From contig NZ_LNTB01000001.1 in NCBI RefSeq assembly GCF_001462395.1, positions 210,001 to 242,000 on the forward strand: a DNA stretch of 32,000 bases, in the 5' to 3' direction. The notes beneath the pieces are model-generated. The model was not told the origin of the DNA and searched no databases. It saw only the letters and a list, made by a program, of their open reading frames with translations. The DNA comes from Pyrodictium occultum (GTDB lineage: Archaea > Thermoproteota > Thermoprotei_A > Sulfolobales > Pyrodictiaceae). The position numbers and the translations under genes were made by a program. Position 1 is the stretch's first letter, and each line of letters starts with the position of its first letter. Of this stretch, positions 16,306-27,339 are shown one piece after another.

Positions 16306-18079
16306 CCGTGTAGTGGACCACGTGGCCCGGGTCCTTAGGGAGCTCGGGGTTAGGGAGGTATTCGGCGTAACCGGCGGCAGTATAATGGGGTTCTTCGACG
16401 CCCTGGCCCTCGAGGGTATCGAGATCTACATGTTCAGGCACGAGCAGGGCGCCGCCCACGCGGCCGACGCCTACGGCAGGGTGGCCCGCAGGCCGGGCGT
16501 CGTGTCGGTGACCAGCGGTCCCGGCGCGACCAACATAGTGACCGGGATAGCCAACGCCTACTTCGACTCCGCGCCGGTGCTCGCGATAACGGGGCAGGTG
16601 CCGACAAGCGTCTTCGGCCGCGACGCGTTCCAGGAGACTGATATAGTCGGCGTCACCGCGCCAATCACCAAGTTCGTCTACCAGGTTAGGAGCCCCGGGG
16701 AAGCGGGCCCCGCGGTGAGGACCGCCTACCGCCTCGCCATCGAGGGGCGGCCCGGCCCTACCCTGGTCGACTTCCCGAGGGACGTGCAGCTGAGCAGCCA
16801 CGAGCCGGCCGACGAGCCTGACTACCTGCCGCTGAACTTCGCCAAGTACCGTCCCCCGCCGCCCGATCCCGAGGCGGTGGCTAGGGCGGCCCGGCTGCTC
16901 CTAATGGCGGCCCGCCCCGTGATACTCGTTGGCAACGGCGTCTACTGGTCCGGCGCCACCGCCGAGGTGCTGGAGCTCGCTGAGAGGCTCCAGGCCCCGA
17001 TAGTGACGACGCTGCCGGGCAAGAACGCGGTGCCCGCCGACCACCCGCTGGTGATGGGGCCAGCGGGGATGCACGGCCGTGCCGAGGCTGACGCGGCCCT
17101 CGCCAACGCCGACGTGGTGCTCGCCGTGGGCACCAGGTTCTCGGACCGCACGGTGGGGAGGTTCGGCCCCGAGCTGCTGGAGAAGAAGATAATCCATATA
17201 GACGCGGACCCGAGCGAGCACGGGAAGAACGTGCCCCCCGCAGTCAGCGTGGTGGCGGACGCGAGGCAGGCCCTCCGAGCCCTGCTGAGGGAGATCAGGG
17301 CAGCGCCGCTCCGCGACACGAGGTTCCTAGAGTGGCTCAACTGGATCCGCCGCCGCTACGAGGAGGCCATGGAGAAGCTCGCGGCCAGGTTCAGGAAGTT
17401 CCCGCCCTGGAAGGTGCTGAAGACGCTGAGGCAGGCCGTGCCCCGGAACGCTATAACGGTGACCGGGGTCGGCAGCCACCAGATGTGGGCCGAGCAGCAC
17501 TGGGACGTCTACGTGCCCGGTACATGGATTACGAGCGCCGGCCTGGGCACTATGGGGTTCTGCGTCCCAGCGGCGCTCGGGGCCAAGATAGCGGCCCGGG
17601 ACCGCACGGTGCTCTGCATCGACGGCGACGGGAGCTTCCAGATGACCATGAACAACCTGGCCCTGGTGAGGGACTACGACCTCCCGATAATAGTGACTGT
17701 GTTCGACAACCGGGCCCTCATGCTGGTGAAGCAGTGGCAGATCTACATGTACGACCGGAGGATAGTAGCCACGGAGTACAGCAGGTGGCCCTGCTTCGAG
17801 AAGATAGCCGAGGCGTATGGCATAGATGCTGTCCGGCCGGCGAGCCTCGAGGAGCTCGAGGCCGCCGTCCGCCGTGCCGCCAGGAACAACGAGCCGCTGA
17901 TAGCTATAGTTGATATCGACCGGGAGGAGGATATAGTGCTGCCCTGGGTGAAGCCCGGCGACTGGCTCACCGAGGCCATACTGCCGCCGGGCATGGAGGA
18001 TGTAAGCCTCGTCTACGACGAGAAGGAGTGGGAGAAGGTGGCCTCGGCGATAGCAGCCAAGACCGCCAGGAGTGGGTGA
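16301..18079 (+). CDS. ilvB: Acetolactate synthase (acetohydroxyacid synthase) large subunit, ThDP-dependent
   Basis: N-terminal VFGVTGGSIMGFFDAL, and the ThDP motif IDGDGSFQMTMNNL. Start set at ATG 16301, where similarity to the family begins. The track's ATG at 16118 lies inside the TATA island. Confidence 0.9.
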   Translation: MSRVVDHVARVLRELGVREVFGVTGGSIMGFFDALALEGIEIYMFRHEQGAAHAADAYGRVARRPGVVSVTSGPGATNIVTGIANAYFDSAPVLAITGQVPTSVFGRDAFQETDIVGVTAPITKFVYQVRSPGEAGPAVRTAYRLAIEGRPGPTLVDFPRDVQLSSHEPADEPDYLPLNFAKYRPPPPDPEAVARAARLLLMAARPVILVGNGVYWSGATAEVLELAERLQAPIVTTLPGKNAVPADHPLVMGPAGMHGRAEADAALANADVVLAVGTRFSDRTVGRFGPELLEKKIIHIDADPSEHGKNVPPAVSVVADARQALRALLREIRAAPLRDTRFLEWLNWIRRRYEEAMEKLAARFRKFPPWKVLKTLRQAVPRNAITVTGVGSHQMWAEQHWDVYVPGTWITSAGLGTMGFCVPAALGAKIAARDRTVLCIDGDGSFQMTMNNLALVRDYDLPIIVTVFDNRALMLVKQWQIYMYDRRIVATEYSRWPCFEKIAEAYGIDAVRPASLEELEAAVRRAARNNEPLIAIVDIDREEDIVLPWVKPGDWLTEAILPPGMEDVSLVYDEKEWEKVASAIAAKTARSG

Positions 18080-18085
18080 GCCCTG

Positions 18086-18328
18086 ATGGAGGCGGGGCGG
18101 TACGTGATAGAGGTCTCGGCGTTCAACGGCATGGATGCCGTGATGAGGCTGGCGAATATGGCTAGGAGGGCTAAGCTGGAGTACCATGGGCTCAGCGCCA
18201 GCTTCGACGGGAGGGTGGTGAGGCTCCGGATAGACGCCTCGGGGAGGGAGAGCGAGGTGCGCTGGCTGGCGGCGAAGATCGAGAAGATGCCGGAGGTCTA
18301 CTCGGTGGTCTACAAGAGGGTGGCCTAG
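18086..18328 (+). CDS. ilvN: Acetolactate synthase small (regulatory) subunit, single ACT-domain form
   Basis: 80-aa ACT-like pattern (YVIEVSAFNGMDAVMRLANMARRAKLEYHGLSA..RLRIDASG). Lies 6 nt downstream of ilvB. Confidence 0.65.
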   Translation: MEAGRYVIEVSAFNGMDAVMRLANMARRAKLEYHGLSASFDGRVVRLRIDASGRESEVRWLAAKIEKMPEVYSVVYKRVA

Positions 18329-18355
18329 ACCCCCTGGACCGGCTTCCCAGGTTAG

Positions 18356-19480
<1,125 letters not shown>

Positions 19481-19483
19481 GCC

Positions 19484-21214
19484 GTGCCGGCGCTGCGCAG
19501 CAGGGAGATCCGGGAGGGGCCGCGCCGGGCGCCCCACCGCAGCCTGATGCTGGCGGCGGGGCTGGACGAGAGCGACGTCTACGACACCGGCAAGCCCCTG
19601 ATAGGGGTTGTGAACACTTTCTCCACGATAGTGCCGGGGCACGTGATGCTGGACAAGCTGGTAGCAGCGGTGACTGAGGGGATACGGGAGGCCGGCGGCG
19701 TGCCGGTGCACGCCGGCGCGGTCTCGGTGGACGACGGGATAGCGATGGGCCACGAGGGGATGAGGTACAGCCTCGTGGCCAGGGAGAACGTTGCGGACGC
19801 GGTGGAGATCTTCGCGGAGGCCCACCGGCTCGATGGCGTGGTGGTGGTCACGGCCTGCGACAAGATGCTCCCCGGCGCCCTGATAGCGGCGGCCAGGCTG
19901 AGGGACAAGATACCGGTGTACATCGTTAACGGCGGCCCCATGCTCTCGGGCCGGGGGGCCGGCGGGGGCTGCTGCATAGCCCTGGGCCACGTGTTCGAGG
20001 CCGTCGGCGCCTACCTCGCCGGCAAGATAACGGGGGAGCAGCTCCGCGAGATAGAGATGAGGGCGCTGCCCACACCCGGCAGCTGCGCCGCCATGTACAC
20101 CGCCAACACCATGGCGGTGGCGGCGGAGGCCATGGGCTTCATACTCCCCGGCGCGGCCGCGATCCCGGCAGTCTACTCCAGGAGGATCCACGTTGCCAGG
20201 GAGACGGGGAGGCTGGCGGTCAGGGCAGCCCTCAAGGGCTGGAAGGCCTCCATGTTCCTCGGCAAGCGCTCCATCCTAAACGCGCTCGCGGTTGACGCTG
20301 CGGCGGGGGGTTCGACCAACACGCTCCTCCACCTCGCGGCCGTGGCGGCGGAGGCGGGCGTGGATCTAGACATGGGGGAGGTGGAGGAGCTGCTCTCCAA
20401 GACGCCCTGGCTCGCCGACCTCGAGCCCGGCGGCCGCTACTACATGGAGCACCTCTACCAGGCCGGCGGCGTCCCCGCGATAGTCAGGGAGCTGGCTAAG
20501 GCAGGGGCCTTCGATGCGTCCATGCCAGCCGCCACCGGGGAGCCCTGGAGCAGGGTGCTCGAGCGCCTGCCCCCGGCGCCGGGGGCCCCGGTGGTGAGGA
20601 GGGCTGAGCAGCCGCTGCAGCCCCGCAGCCCGCTCCGCATCCTGCGCGGCAGCCTGGCCCCCGGCGGCGCGGTGATCAAGGCGGTCCGGATATCGAGGAC
20701 CAGGTTCGAGGGCCCGGCCAGGGTCTACGAGGCCGAGGAGGAGGCGGTGGAGGCGCTGGAGAGGGGCGAGATACGCGAGGGCGACGTGGTGGTGGTCCGC
20801 TACGAGGGCCCGGCGGGCGGCCCCGGGATGAGGGAGATGTTGCAGCTGACCTCGATGATATACGGTATGGGGCTGGGCGACAGGGTCGCGCTGGTGACCG
20901 ACGGGAGGTTCAGCGGCGCCACGAGGGGCCTCGCGGTCGGCCACGTGTCCCCCGAGGCCATGGCGGGGGGCCCGATAGCCCTGGTGAGCGACGGCGACAG
21001 GATAGTCATAGACCTGGAGAGGGGGAGGATAGACCTCCTCGTCGACCAGGAGGAGCTGGAGGAGAGGAGGAAGCGGTGGCGCGTGCCAGAGAGCGTGGCG
21101 GAGAGGCACCGGAGGCTGGCGGAGAGGGGGAGCGTGCTCCACGCCTACAGTCTCATGGCCTGCAGCGCTGACCGAGGTGGAGCGAGGCGTTGCCCCAGGA
21201 GGCAGGCCTGGTGA
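19484..21214 (+). CDS. ilvD: Dihydroxy-acid dehydratase
   Basis: IlvD/Edd motifs [34 protein letters not shown] start 3 nt after the ilvC stop. Confidence 0.92.
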   Translation: MPALRSREIREGPRRAPHRSLMLAAGLDESDVYDTGKPLIGVVNTFSTIVPGHVMLDKLVAAVTEGIREAGGVPVHAGAVSVDDGIAMGHEGMRYSLVARENVADAVEIFAEAHRLDGVVVVTACDKMLPGALIAAARLRDKIPVYIVNGGPMLSGRGAGGGCCIALGHVFEAVGAYLAGKITGEQLREIEMRALPTPGSCAAMYTANTMAVAAEAMGFILPGAAAIPAVYSRRIHVARETGRLAVRAALKGWKASMFLGKRSILNALAVDAAAGGSTNTLLHLAAVAAEAGVDLDMGEVEELLSKTPWLADLEPGGRYYMEHLYQAGGVPAIVRELAKAGAFDASMPAATGEPWSRVLERLPPAPGAPVVRRAEQPLQPRSPLRILRGSLAPGGAVIKAVRISRTRFEGPARVYEAEEEAVEALERGEIREGDVVVVRYEGPAGGPGMREMLQLTSMIYGMGLGDRVALVTDGRFSGATRGLAVGHVSPEAMAGGPIALVSDGDRIVIDLERGRIDLLVDQEELEERRKRWRVPESVAERHRRLAERGSVLHAYSLMACSADRGGARRCPRRQAW

Positions 21215-21705
21215 GGGGGCGTGCGCTTGTAGTGGGGGACAACGTGGACACCGACACGATCATACCGGCCCGCTACCTGCACTCCACTGACCCCCGGGAG
21301 CTTGCCCGCCACGTGTTCGAGGACGCCCCTGGCATCCGGGCTAGGCTCGACGGGCTCGAGAAGCCGGTGGTGATCGTGGCGGGCCGGGGCTTCGGCTACG
21401 GGAGCAGCAGGGAGCACGCGGTGCTCGCGCTCAAGGCGGCCGGGGTGGCGGCGGTGGTGGCCGAGAGCTTCCACAGGATATTCTACCGGAACGCGCTGAA
21501 CAACGGGCTCCCCGTGGTGGAGGCGAGCCTCCGCGGCTCGACGCGGGACGGCTCGCTGGTCGAGATAGACCTGGAGACCGGCGAGATAAGGGTGGACGGC
21601 CGCCTAGCCGCCAGGGCCAGGCCGCTGCCCCCCATGCTCCGCAGGCTGCTCGCCGCGGGCGGGCTGAGGGAGGAGCTGCGCCGCCTGGCGGCCGGCAGCG
21701 GCTAG
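21211..21705 (+). CDS. leuD: 3-isopropylmalate dehydratase small subunit
   Basis: [15 protein letters not shown] and [16 protein letters not shown] at 21211 overlaps the ilvD stop (GTGA), with GGAGG at 21198-21202. TTG at 21190 is an alternative start. Confidence 0.88.
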   Translation: MRGRALVVGDNVDTDTIIPARYLHSTDPRELARHVFEDAPGIRARLDGLEKPVVIVAGRGFGYGSSREHAVLALKAAGVAAVVAESFHRIFYRNALNNGLPVVEASLRGSTRDGSLVEIDLETGEIRVDGRLAARARPLPPMLRRLLAAGGLREELRRLAAGSG

Positions 21706-23081
21706 CCCCGCTCCCTCCTTCCAAGCCCTCTTATAGCCCTCTCCACGTCCTCCGGCAGCGGCCTGATCAGCCCAGCCTCGCGGAGCAGCCTCATCTTCTC
21801 CAGCGTCGCCTTAATTATGCTGCTGGCCCTCTCCAGCTCCTCCTCGTAGCTCAGCCGTAGCCTCGCAACCCCCTGCTCCACCGCCTTCGCCGCCGCGGCG
21901 GCCGCCACTCTCGGGAAGACCTCCCACTCCTCCATGCTCGGTATTATGTAGTCCTCGCGGAGCCCCCGCTCCTCGGCGAACCTTGCCAGCTCCTCCGCCG
22001 CCGCGATAGCCATCTCATCCGTTATCGTGCGGGCCCTGACGTCCAGCACCCCCCGGAAGATCGAGGGGAAGGCTAGGCTGTTGTTAACCTGGTTGGGCAG
22101 GTCGCTCCTCCCCGTGGCTACCACCCTCGCTCCAGCGCTCTTGGCCTCCCAGGGCCAGATCTCCGGCACTGGGTTGGCCTCGGCGAAGACTATGGGGTCC
22201 CGGTTCATCCTCCTTATCCACTCCGGTTTCAGCACCCCGGGGCCGGGCCTGGAGGCAGCGACCACGGCGTCGGCGCCCTCGAGGGCCTCGGGTATCCCTC
22301 CCCCGCGGAGCCCGCGCCACCCGCCGCCGGTCTCGATGGCTATCCTGTACTTCCACGGGTTCTTCTTCCTCAGCTCCTCGATATCACTCCTCTCCGGGTG
22401 GAGCACCCCCCGCGAGTCGACTGCAACTATGTTGCCTGCGGGCACCCCGTAGGCTCTCAGCAGCCGGTAGAGGGCCACGTTGGCGGCGCCAACGCCGACC
22501 AGGACTATCCTCATCTCCCTGAGGCTCCGCCCCGTCAGCTTGGCCGCGTTTATCAGCCCCGCGAGCGTGACTGTGGCGGTGCCCTGCTGGTCGTCGTGCC
22601 AGACGGGGATGTCCAGCCTCCTCCTCGCCTCCTCCAGGATGTAGAAGCACTTGGGGCTCTCGATATCCTCGAGGTTCACCCCGCCGAAGCTCGGCTCGAC
22701 GAGCTCGAGCAGCTCGAGGAACTTCCCAGGATCCCTGGCCCGGTGGACTAGGGGGATGGCGTCGACTCCCCCGAGCGCCTTGAAGAGGAGAGCCTTCCCC
22801 TCCATGACGGGGAGCGCTCCCTCGGGCCCGATGCTGCCGAGGCCCAGCACCCTGGTGCCATCGCTCACAACAGCCACCGTGTTCCAGCGCCAGGTGTTGT
22901 GGAAGGTCTGCTCCGGGTCCTCGGCGTCCTCCCGCGCAGGGCCGGCCACACCGGGGGTGTACCAGATGGCGTAGTCCTCCTGCCTCTCGGCCGGCACCTT
23001 GGGTATGACCTCTATCTTCCCCTCGTAGAGCCTATGCAGCCTGCGGGATATAGTGTACCAGTCTACCCTCTCCCCGCTCAA
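21702..23081 (-). CDS. NAD(P)-dependent malic enzyme (oxaloacetate-decarboxylating malate dehydrogenase)
   Basis: YTPGVA, VVSDGTRVLGLGSIGPEGALPVMEGKALLFK, VWHDDQQGTA, LVGVGAAN. Confidence 0.9.
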   Translation of the reverse strand: MSGERVDWYTISRRLHRLYEGKIEVIPKVPAERQEDYAIWYTPGVAGPAREDAEDPEQTFHNTWRWNTVAVVSDGTRVLGLGSIGPEGALPVMEGKALLFKALGGVDAIPLVHRARDPGKFLELLELVEPSFGGVNLEDIESPKCFYILEEARRRLDIPVWHDDQQGTATVTLAGLINAAKLTGRSLREMRIVLVGVGAANVALYRLLRAYGVPAGNIVAVDSRGVLHPERSDIEELRKKNPWKYRIAIETGGGWRGLRGGGIPEALEGADAVVAASRPGPGVLKPEWIRRMNRDPIVFAEANPVPEIWPWEAKSAGARVVATGRSDLPNQVNNSLAFPSIFRGVLDVRARTITDEMAIAAAEELARFAEERGLREDYIIPSMEEWEVFPRVAAAAAAKAVEQGVARLRLSYEEELERASSIIKATLEKMRLLREAGLIRPLPEDVERAIRGLGRRERG

Positions 23082-23200
23082 GACGAGCTACCAGAGCATA
23101 GTCAGCGGTGCGGCCGGGGGGCTGTAATTAGGAGTTGCCCCCGGCCGCCGGGCCTCGCCCCCGGGGGACTCGTGCAGAGCCCTGAGGCCGTGAGGGGAGA

Positions 23201-23239
23201 GCGGTATAGGCCGCGCTCCCGGCCCTAGCCCCGGGGTGG
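23201..23239 (+). promoter_or_regulatory. TATA box plus conserved downstream GC-rich motif; probable leaderless promoter of the cofE-like gene
   Basis: GCGGTATAGGCCGCGCTCCCGGCCCTAGCCCCGGGGTGG. The TATA is about 28 nt upstream of GTG 23236. A related motif occurs at 29926-29964 and 30145-30183. Confidence 0.4.
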
Positions 23240-24147
23240 AGCACGGCTTGCCGCGGGCCGTTCTCTGCGGGCTTCCCCTCCCCGAGGTTGAGCCGGGCGA
23301 CGACCTGGCAGCCCTCATAGCCGGGGCGGCCGAGCGCGAGTGCGGCGGCCTCAGGGCAGGCGACGTGGTGGCTGTGGCGAGTAAGGTGTTGTCGAAGAGC
23401 CTTGGCCTCCTCTACCGCCTCGACAAGGTGGAGCCGAGCCCTAGGGCGCGCAGGATAGCCGAGAGGGCCGGTCTCGACCCGAGATACGTCGAGATCCTGC
23501 TAAGGGAGAGCGGCGAGGTGCTAGCAGCCATCCCGTTCAAGAGGCTGGTAGAGGAGGGCGTGGTCGCCTGGGAGACCCTGGCGAGGAGCAGGGAGAAGCT
23601 GTTCAGGGCGCTGGACCAGTTCCCTACAATCTTCCTCACCAAGAGGGATGGGATGCTCTGGACCGACTCGGGGATAGACGGGTCAAACCACCCCCCGGGC
23701 GTCTACAGCGTACCGCCCCGCGACCTCGACGGCCATGCTAGGAGGCTGTCGGAGCAGCTGAGTAGAGCGGCCGGCGGCCCGGTGGCGGTGGTTATCTGCG
23801 ACACAGAGGTCATGCCCGGCGGTGCTCTCGACATAGCCCGGGGCGCCTACGGCTTCCCGGTTCTCATGAGGAGGTTTGGCGACCCCGATAGGTATGGTAA
23901 GCCGAAGTTCGGGGGCGCGGATAACCTCGCTAACGCTGTCTGCGCCTCGGCCAGTCTCCTGGCGGGCCAGCACGCCGAGGGCATACCCGCTGTCATCCTA
24001 AGGGGGCTACGCTACGAATGGTCCACCGCCGGCGTGAGGGATGCACTGGGGAAGACCCGTGCCGCGGCCGCTGTCAGGGCCACGCTCTGGCATACCGCGA
24101 GGGTGCTCGGGCTCCGCAGCCTCCTGCGCCTCCTCCGGGGAGCCTAG
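23236..24147 (+). CDS. cofE: Coenzyme F420-0:L-glutamate ligase (CofE) family protein
   Basis: Collinear, as I recall the family, with CofE motifs: GLPLPEVEPGDDLAALI, GDVVAVASKVLSK, PSPRARRIAERAGLDPRYVEILLRES, DSGIDGSN, VVICDT, EGIPAVILRGL. Confidence 0.75.
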   Translation: MEHGLPRAVLCGLPLPEVEPGDDLAALIAGAAERECGGLRAGDVVAVASKVLSKSLGLLYRLDKVEPSPRARRIAERAGLDPRYVEILLRESGEVLAAIPFKRLVEEGVVAWETLARSREKLFRALDQFPTIFLTKRDGMLWTDSGIDGSNHPPGVYSVPPRDLDGHARRLSEQLSRAAGGPVAVVICDTEVMPGGALDIARGAYGFPVLMRRFGDPDRYGKPKFGGADNLANAVCASASLLAGQHAEGIPAVILRGLRYEWSTAGVRDALGKTRAAAAVRATLWHTARVLGLRSLLRLLRGA

Positions 24148-24161
24148 GGTGCCCCTGGCCC

Positions 24162-24428
24162 CTAGAGCTTCTCGGGCTCCGCGTCGAGGGGGACGGGCCT
24201 CCTCCTCGGGGTTGGCGCCCCACCAGGTTCTCGGTGGGGTAGCGGGCCTCGATCCTGCGGAGAGGCTTCTCCGGCGGCGACCGCGTAGACGTGGCGGTGG
24301 TGAGCAAGGCCCAGCTCATGAGGAGCCACAGCGTCGCCGCCGCTGCTCCTCTTGATCTCGAGGGCGGTGCGGAGCCCGGCAGGCCCCGAGCCTGTGACGA
24401 GGACGTCGTGCTCCAGCGTCTCGGCCAT
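24162..24428 (-). pseudogene. Truncated N-terminal fragment of an FAD-dependent oxidoreductase (88 codons)
   Basis: HDVLVTGSGPAGLRTALEIKR is a GxGxxG dinucleotide-binding motif. The ORF stops 15 nt from the convergent cofE-like stop, so there is no room for the remaining domains. Confidence 0.35.
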
Positions 24429-24435
24429 GGCCCGC

Positions 24436-25050
24436 TCACCCTCCCTCTAGGAGCTGGTGGAGCCTCTTCCGCACATCCTCCATGACCTGGTCGTAGAGGT
24501 TGTTGCCGTGCGAGTCTATCACCAGGGTGAGGGGGCCGAAGTCGCGGACGCGGAGGAGCCAGACCGCCTCGGCCATGCCCAGCTCCTCCAGCCAGTAGAC
24601 CGCCTCCACCCTCTCCACGGCCCTGGCCGCGAGCACGGCCGCGCCCCCGGTGAAGACCGCGTAGACGGCGCCGTAGCGGCGGCAGGCCTCGGCGGTGCCC
24701 CTCCCCATTCCACCCTTCCCTATCACCATCCTGACCCCCGTGAGCCTGATGAACTCGGGCTCGAGGGGCTCCATCCTGGCGCTCGTGGTGGGGCCGGCCG
24801 CGACTATCTCCCAGCCCCCGTCCCTCCTCCGGGCCACGGGGCCGCAGTGGTAGACGGCGAGCCCCCGGGTTGGGAAGGGGAGGCCTCCGCCCCTCCGCAG
24901 CGTCTCCACGATCCTGCGGTGCGCCTCATCCCTGGCGGTGAAAACGAGGCCGGAGAGGTAGACCACGTCCCCCGCCCGGAGCCTCCGCACCTCCTCCTCG
25001 CCGAGCGGGGTCTCCAGCCGGTAGACCCGAGGCACTGCGGCACACCTCAC
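24436..25050 (-). CDS. Class I (Fe-S) fumarate hydratase / tartrate dehydratase beta subunit
   Basis: GLVFTARDEAHRRI, YHCGPV, GPTTSARMEP, IGKGGMG. Confidence 0.85.
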   Translation of the reverse strand: MRCAAVPRVYRLETPLGEEEVRRLRAGDVVYLSGLVFTARDEAHRRIVETLRRGGGLPFPTRGLAVYHCGPVARRRDGGWEIVAAGPTTSARMEPLEPEFIRLTGVRMVIGKGGMGRGTAEACRRYGAVYAVFTGGAAVLAARAVERVEAVYWLEELGMAEAVWLLRVRDFGPLTLVIDSHGNNLYDQVMEDVRKRLHQLLEGG

Positions 25051-25067
25051 GGGGCAGGGGGGCCTGG

Positions 25068-26036
25068 CTAGATGTGGCTTGATGTTATCCTCCAGGAGCC
25101 GTCCGGCATGAAAACCCCGGAGGCGCGGCGGAGCGCCCAGCAGCTGAGCACGACCCCGACAGCGTAGGTAGCGGGGTGCCGGTGGCCGTACTCCAGGTGG
25201 AGGTCCAGCGCCGTCACCCGGCCCCCGAACCCGTGGGCCCCCAGGCCGAGCTCGTTGACCTCCCGGAGCAGCTTCTCCTCTAGCTCAGCCGCCTCGGGGT
25301 CGGGGTGCCTCTCCCCGAGCCTCCGGAGGAGCAGGGCGCGCTTGGCGAGCGCGAGCGCCTGGTCGCCCGTAGCGGCTACGCCCACGCCCACCACGAAGGG
25401 CGGGCAGGCCCTCGGCCCCGCCCCCGCCACGGTCTCTAGCACCGCCCGGTGCACCGCCCCCACGCCCTCCAGGGGGAGGGCCATATAGAGCCCCGTCGGG
25501 GCCTCGCTCCCCCCGCCCTTCGGCGCGTAGACCGCCTCGAGGCTCTCGCCGGGGACAAGCTCCACCTCCACCCACGGCGTATAGCGTCCGGTGTTGTCGC
25601 CGCTGTTCCTCCCCCTCAGCGGGTCCACGGCGTTAGGCCTCAGGGGCACCGTCCTCGTGGCCTCCCTCACCGCCTCCCGGGCCACATCGTAGAGCCTGCT
25701 CCGCAGCGGGAACCCGTCGCCGACGCGGAGGTAGAAGAACGGGGCCCCGGTGTCCTGGCAGATCGGCCTCCCCAGCCGGGCGGCGAGCCTAGAGTTCTCC
25801 AGTATGGCCTCCAGCTGCATCCTCGCCAGCGGGTTATCCTCAGCCTCCAGCGCCCTCTCCAGCGCCTCGTACACGTCGCGGGGGAGCCGGGTGGTAGCCA
25901 GGCGGATAAGCTCAACCAGGAACCCGCGGAGCCGGTCCTCAAGCCCCAAGCCCACAGCACCCAGGAGGTTAGCCAGCCAGCGCAGGGTAGTAGTGGCCCC
26001 GGGGGGAGGGTTAAGGGAAGGGATGCCGCTGCCCAT
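25068..26036 (-). CDS. Class I (Fe-S) fumarate hydratase / tartrate dehydratase alpha subunit
   Basis: ICQDTGAPFFY motif and a conserved LPRDVYEALERA N-region. Start uncertain: ATG 26036, or GTG 25955. The track's TTG at 26087 lies 4 nt from the TATA-like AATATAA and is rejected. Confidence 0.85.
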   Translation of the reverse strand: MGSGIPSLNPPPGATTTLRWLANLLGAVGLGLEDRLRGFLVELIRLATTRLPRDVYEALERALEAEDNPLARMQLEAILENSRLAARLGRPICQDTGAPFFYLRVGDGFPLRSRLYDVAREAVREATRTVPLRPNAVDPLRGRNSGDNTGRYTPWVEVELVPGESLEAVYAPKGGGSEAPTGLYMALPLEGVGAVHRAVLETVAGAGPRACPPFVVGVGVAATGDQALALAKRALLLRRLGERHPDPEAAELEEKLLREVNELGLGAHGFGGRVTALDLHLEYGHRHPATYAVGVVLSCWALRRASGVFMPDGSWRITSSHI

Positions 26037-26151
26037 CCCGGGGCCCCGGGGCTGGACGGGAGGCTCAGCGGGCCCAGGAGGGCACAAGGAATATAACCTA
26101 GGACCCAGGGTTCCTCGTGGCCTATTGGAGGCGGGCCCTGGAGGGGTGTAT

Positions 26152-26229
26152 GGGCCCGTAGCTCAGCTAGGATAGAGCGCCGGCCTCCTAAGCCGGTGGT
26201 CGGGGGTTCAAATCCCCCCGGGCCCGCCA
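26152..26229 (+). tRNA. tRNA-Arg (anticodon CCT), with 3' CCA encoded
   Basis: Hand-folded cloverleaf. Acceptor GGGCCCG/CGGGCCC, D arm GCTC-AGCTAGGATA-GAGC, anticodon arm CCGGC-CTCCTAA-GCCGG, T arm GGGGG-TTCAAAT-CCCCC, discriminator G, then CCA. Confidence 0.93.
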
Positions 26230-26281
26230 CCCTCAACTCCTCCAACTCCATGCGCTGCGGCAGGCCCCTCCCCCAAGCCGG

Positions 26282-27061
26282 CTATGGATTGCTGCGCCCA
26301 TCCCCGCCGGCGGAGGGCATCACCCCCAGTCGATGGCAGAGAGCCGGGCCCTTTTGTGGACAAGGGGTCCGGCACCGTGCGGGGTAGGGTAGGGGCGTGG
26401 TAGCCCGGGTTGAGGGTCCTGGCCTCCTCGCGGCTGCCGCGGCCACCCTGCTAGCCATGAGGGGTGGCGGGCGGCCCCGAGCCTCCTCCCGGAGCCTGTA
26501 GGCGTAGGCGGGGTAGTCTCCAAGCCCATACCACGAGGTATGCCTCCTTGCTGCCCCGCAGGCCCTGGCGGTGAGCCCGGCGAGCTTCTCCACGTCTACC
26601 TCTATCACCAGGCTGCCTCCCTCCAGGGCCCAGCGGCCTGCCTCGATATAGGGGATACCCTTGTAGCGCCAGCCGGGCGGCGTGATGCCGGCGCACGCGC
26701 TGCTCCCATGCGGGGTGTAGAGGGGCAGCCCGACATCCCGGTAGGGGTCTATACCGGTCCCGTTGATGCCGAGCCTCACGGCCAGCGTGCCGCCGGCGAG
26801 GCTCACGTTCACCCTCGGCGCCCGGATGGGGATCGCTTCGACACGGAGCACGAGCGTGCCGTTCTCGTGGCTGAAGCCTAGCCAGAAGCTTCCCCTGGAC
26901 AGCACGGAGCGGTTGTAGTACCTCGCGAGCAGGTGCTCGAGACAACCGTGGGCGAGCTGGAGCGCAGCGTGGCGGAGGCCTGGGAGGAGAGCCTCCGCCA
27001 CTTCCTCCGCCTGCTCCAGTCCAGGGGCGAGGAGGTTAGGGCTGCAGGGCCCTGGTGGCAC
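26282..27061 (-). CDS. Hypothetical protein; no signal peptide, several N-x-S/T sequons
   Basis: Host-like codon bias (AGG, ATA, CTC; high GC3) through most of the ORF. GTG start with no upstream alternative. The C-terminal ~50 codons look low-complexity. No family recognised. Confidence 0.45.
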   Translation of the reverse strand: MPPGPCSPNLLAPGLEQAEEVAEALLPGLRHAALQLAHGCLEHLLARYYNRSVLSRGSFWLGFSHENGTLVLRVEAIPIRAPRVNVSLAGGTLAVRLGINGTGIDPYRDVGLPLYTPHGSSACAGITPPGWRYKGIPYIEAGRWALEGGSLVIEVDVEKLAGLTARACGAARRHTSWYGLGDYPAYAYRLREEARGRPPPLMASRVAAAAARRPGPSTRATTPLPYPARCRTPCPQKGPALCHRLGVMPSAGGDGRSNP

Positions 27062-27088
27062 CGCGGGGTCTAGATAGACGCGGTCGTC

Positions 27089-27339
27089 GTGACCGAGGAA
27101 AAGGTCTACGGGCTCGAGGCCGAGTGGAGCAGGCTAGGCCCCAGGGACCTCGCGGGGACCATGACAAGGCTCGAGGCTAAGCTCGAGCACCTCCCCCTTG
27201 CCCGGAGGGGCTACGCCCGGTGCCCGTGGTCTACGCCCGCGAGCTGGCCGGCGAGCCCTGGGAGGGGGGGGCCTACAGCCTCGAGGACGTGGTCAAAGAT
27301 GTCGGGAGGACACGGGTCCACCGGCTTCCCCCGCCCTAG
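27089..27339 (+). pseudogene. Possible frameshifted small ORF
   Basis: The GTG frame reads VTEEKVYGLEAEWSRLGPRDLAGTMTRLEAKLEHLP. After the C5 run at 27193-27197 the -1 frame reads coding-like PEGLRPVPVVYARELAGEPWEGGAYSLEDVVKDVGRTRVHRLPPP, with a stop at 27337-27339. The original frame degenerates and would overlap feoB. Confidence 0.2.
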
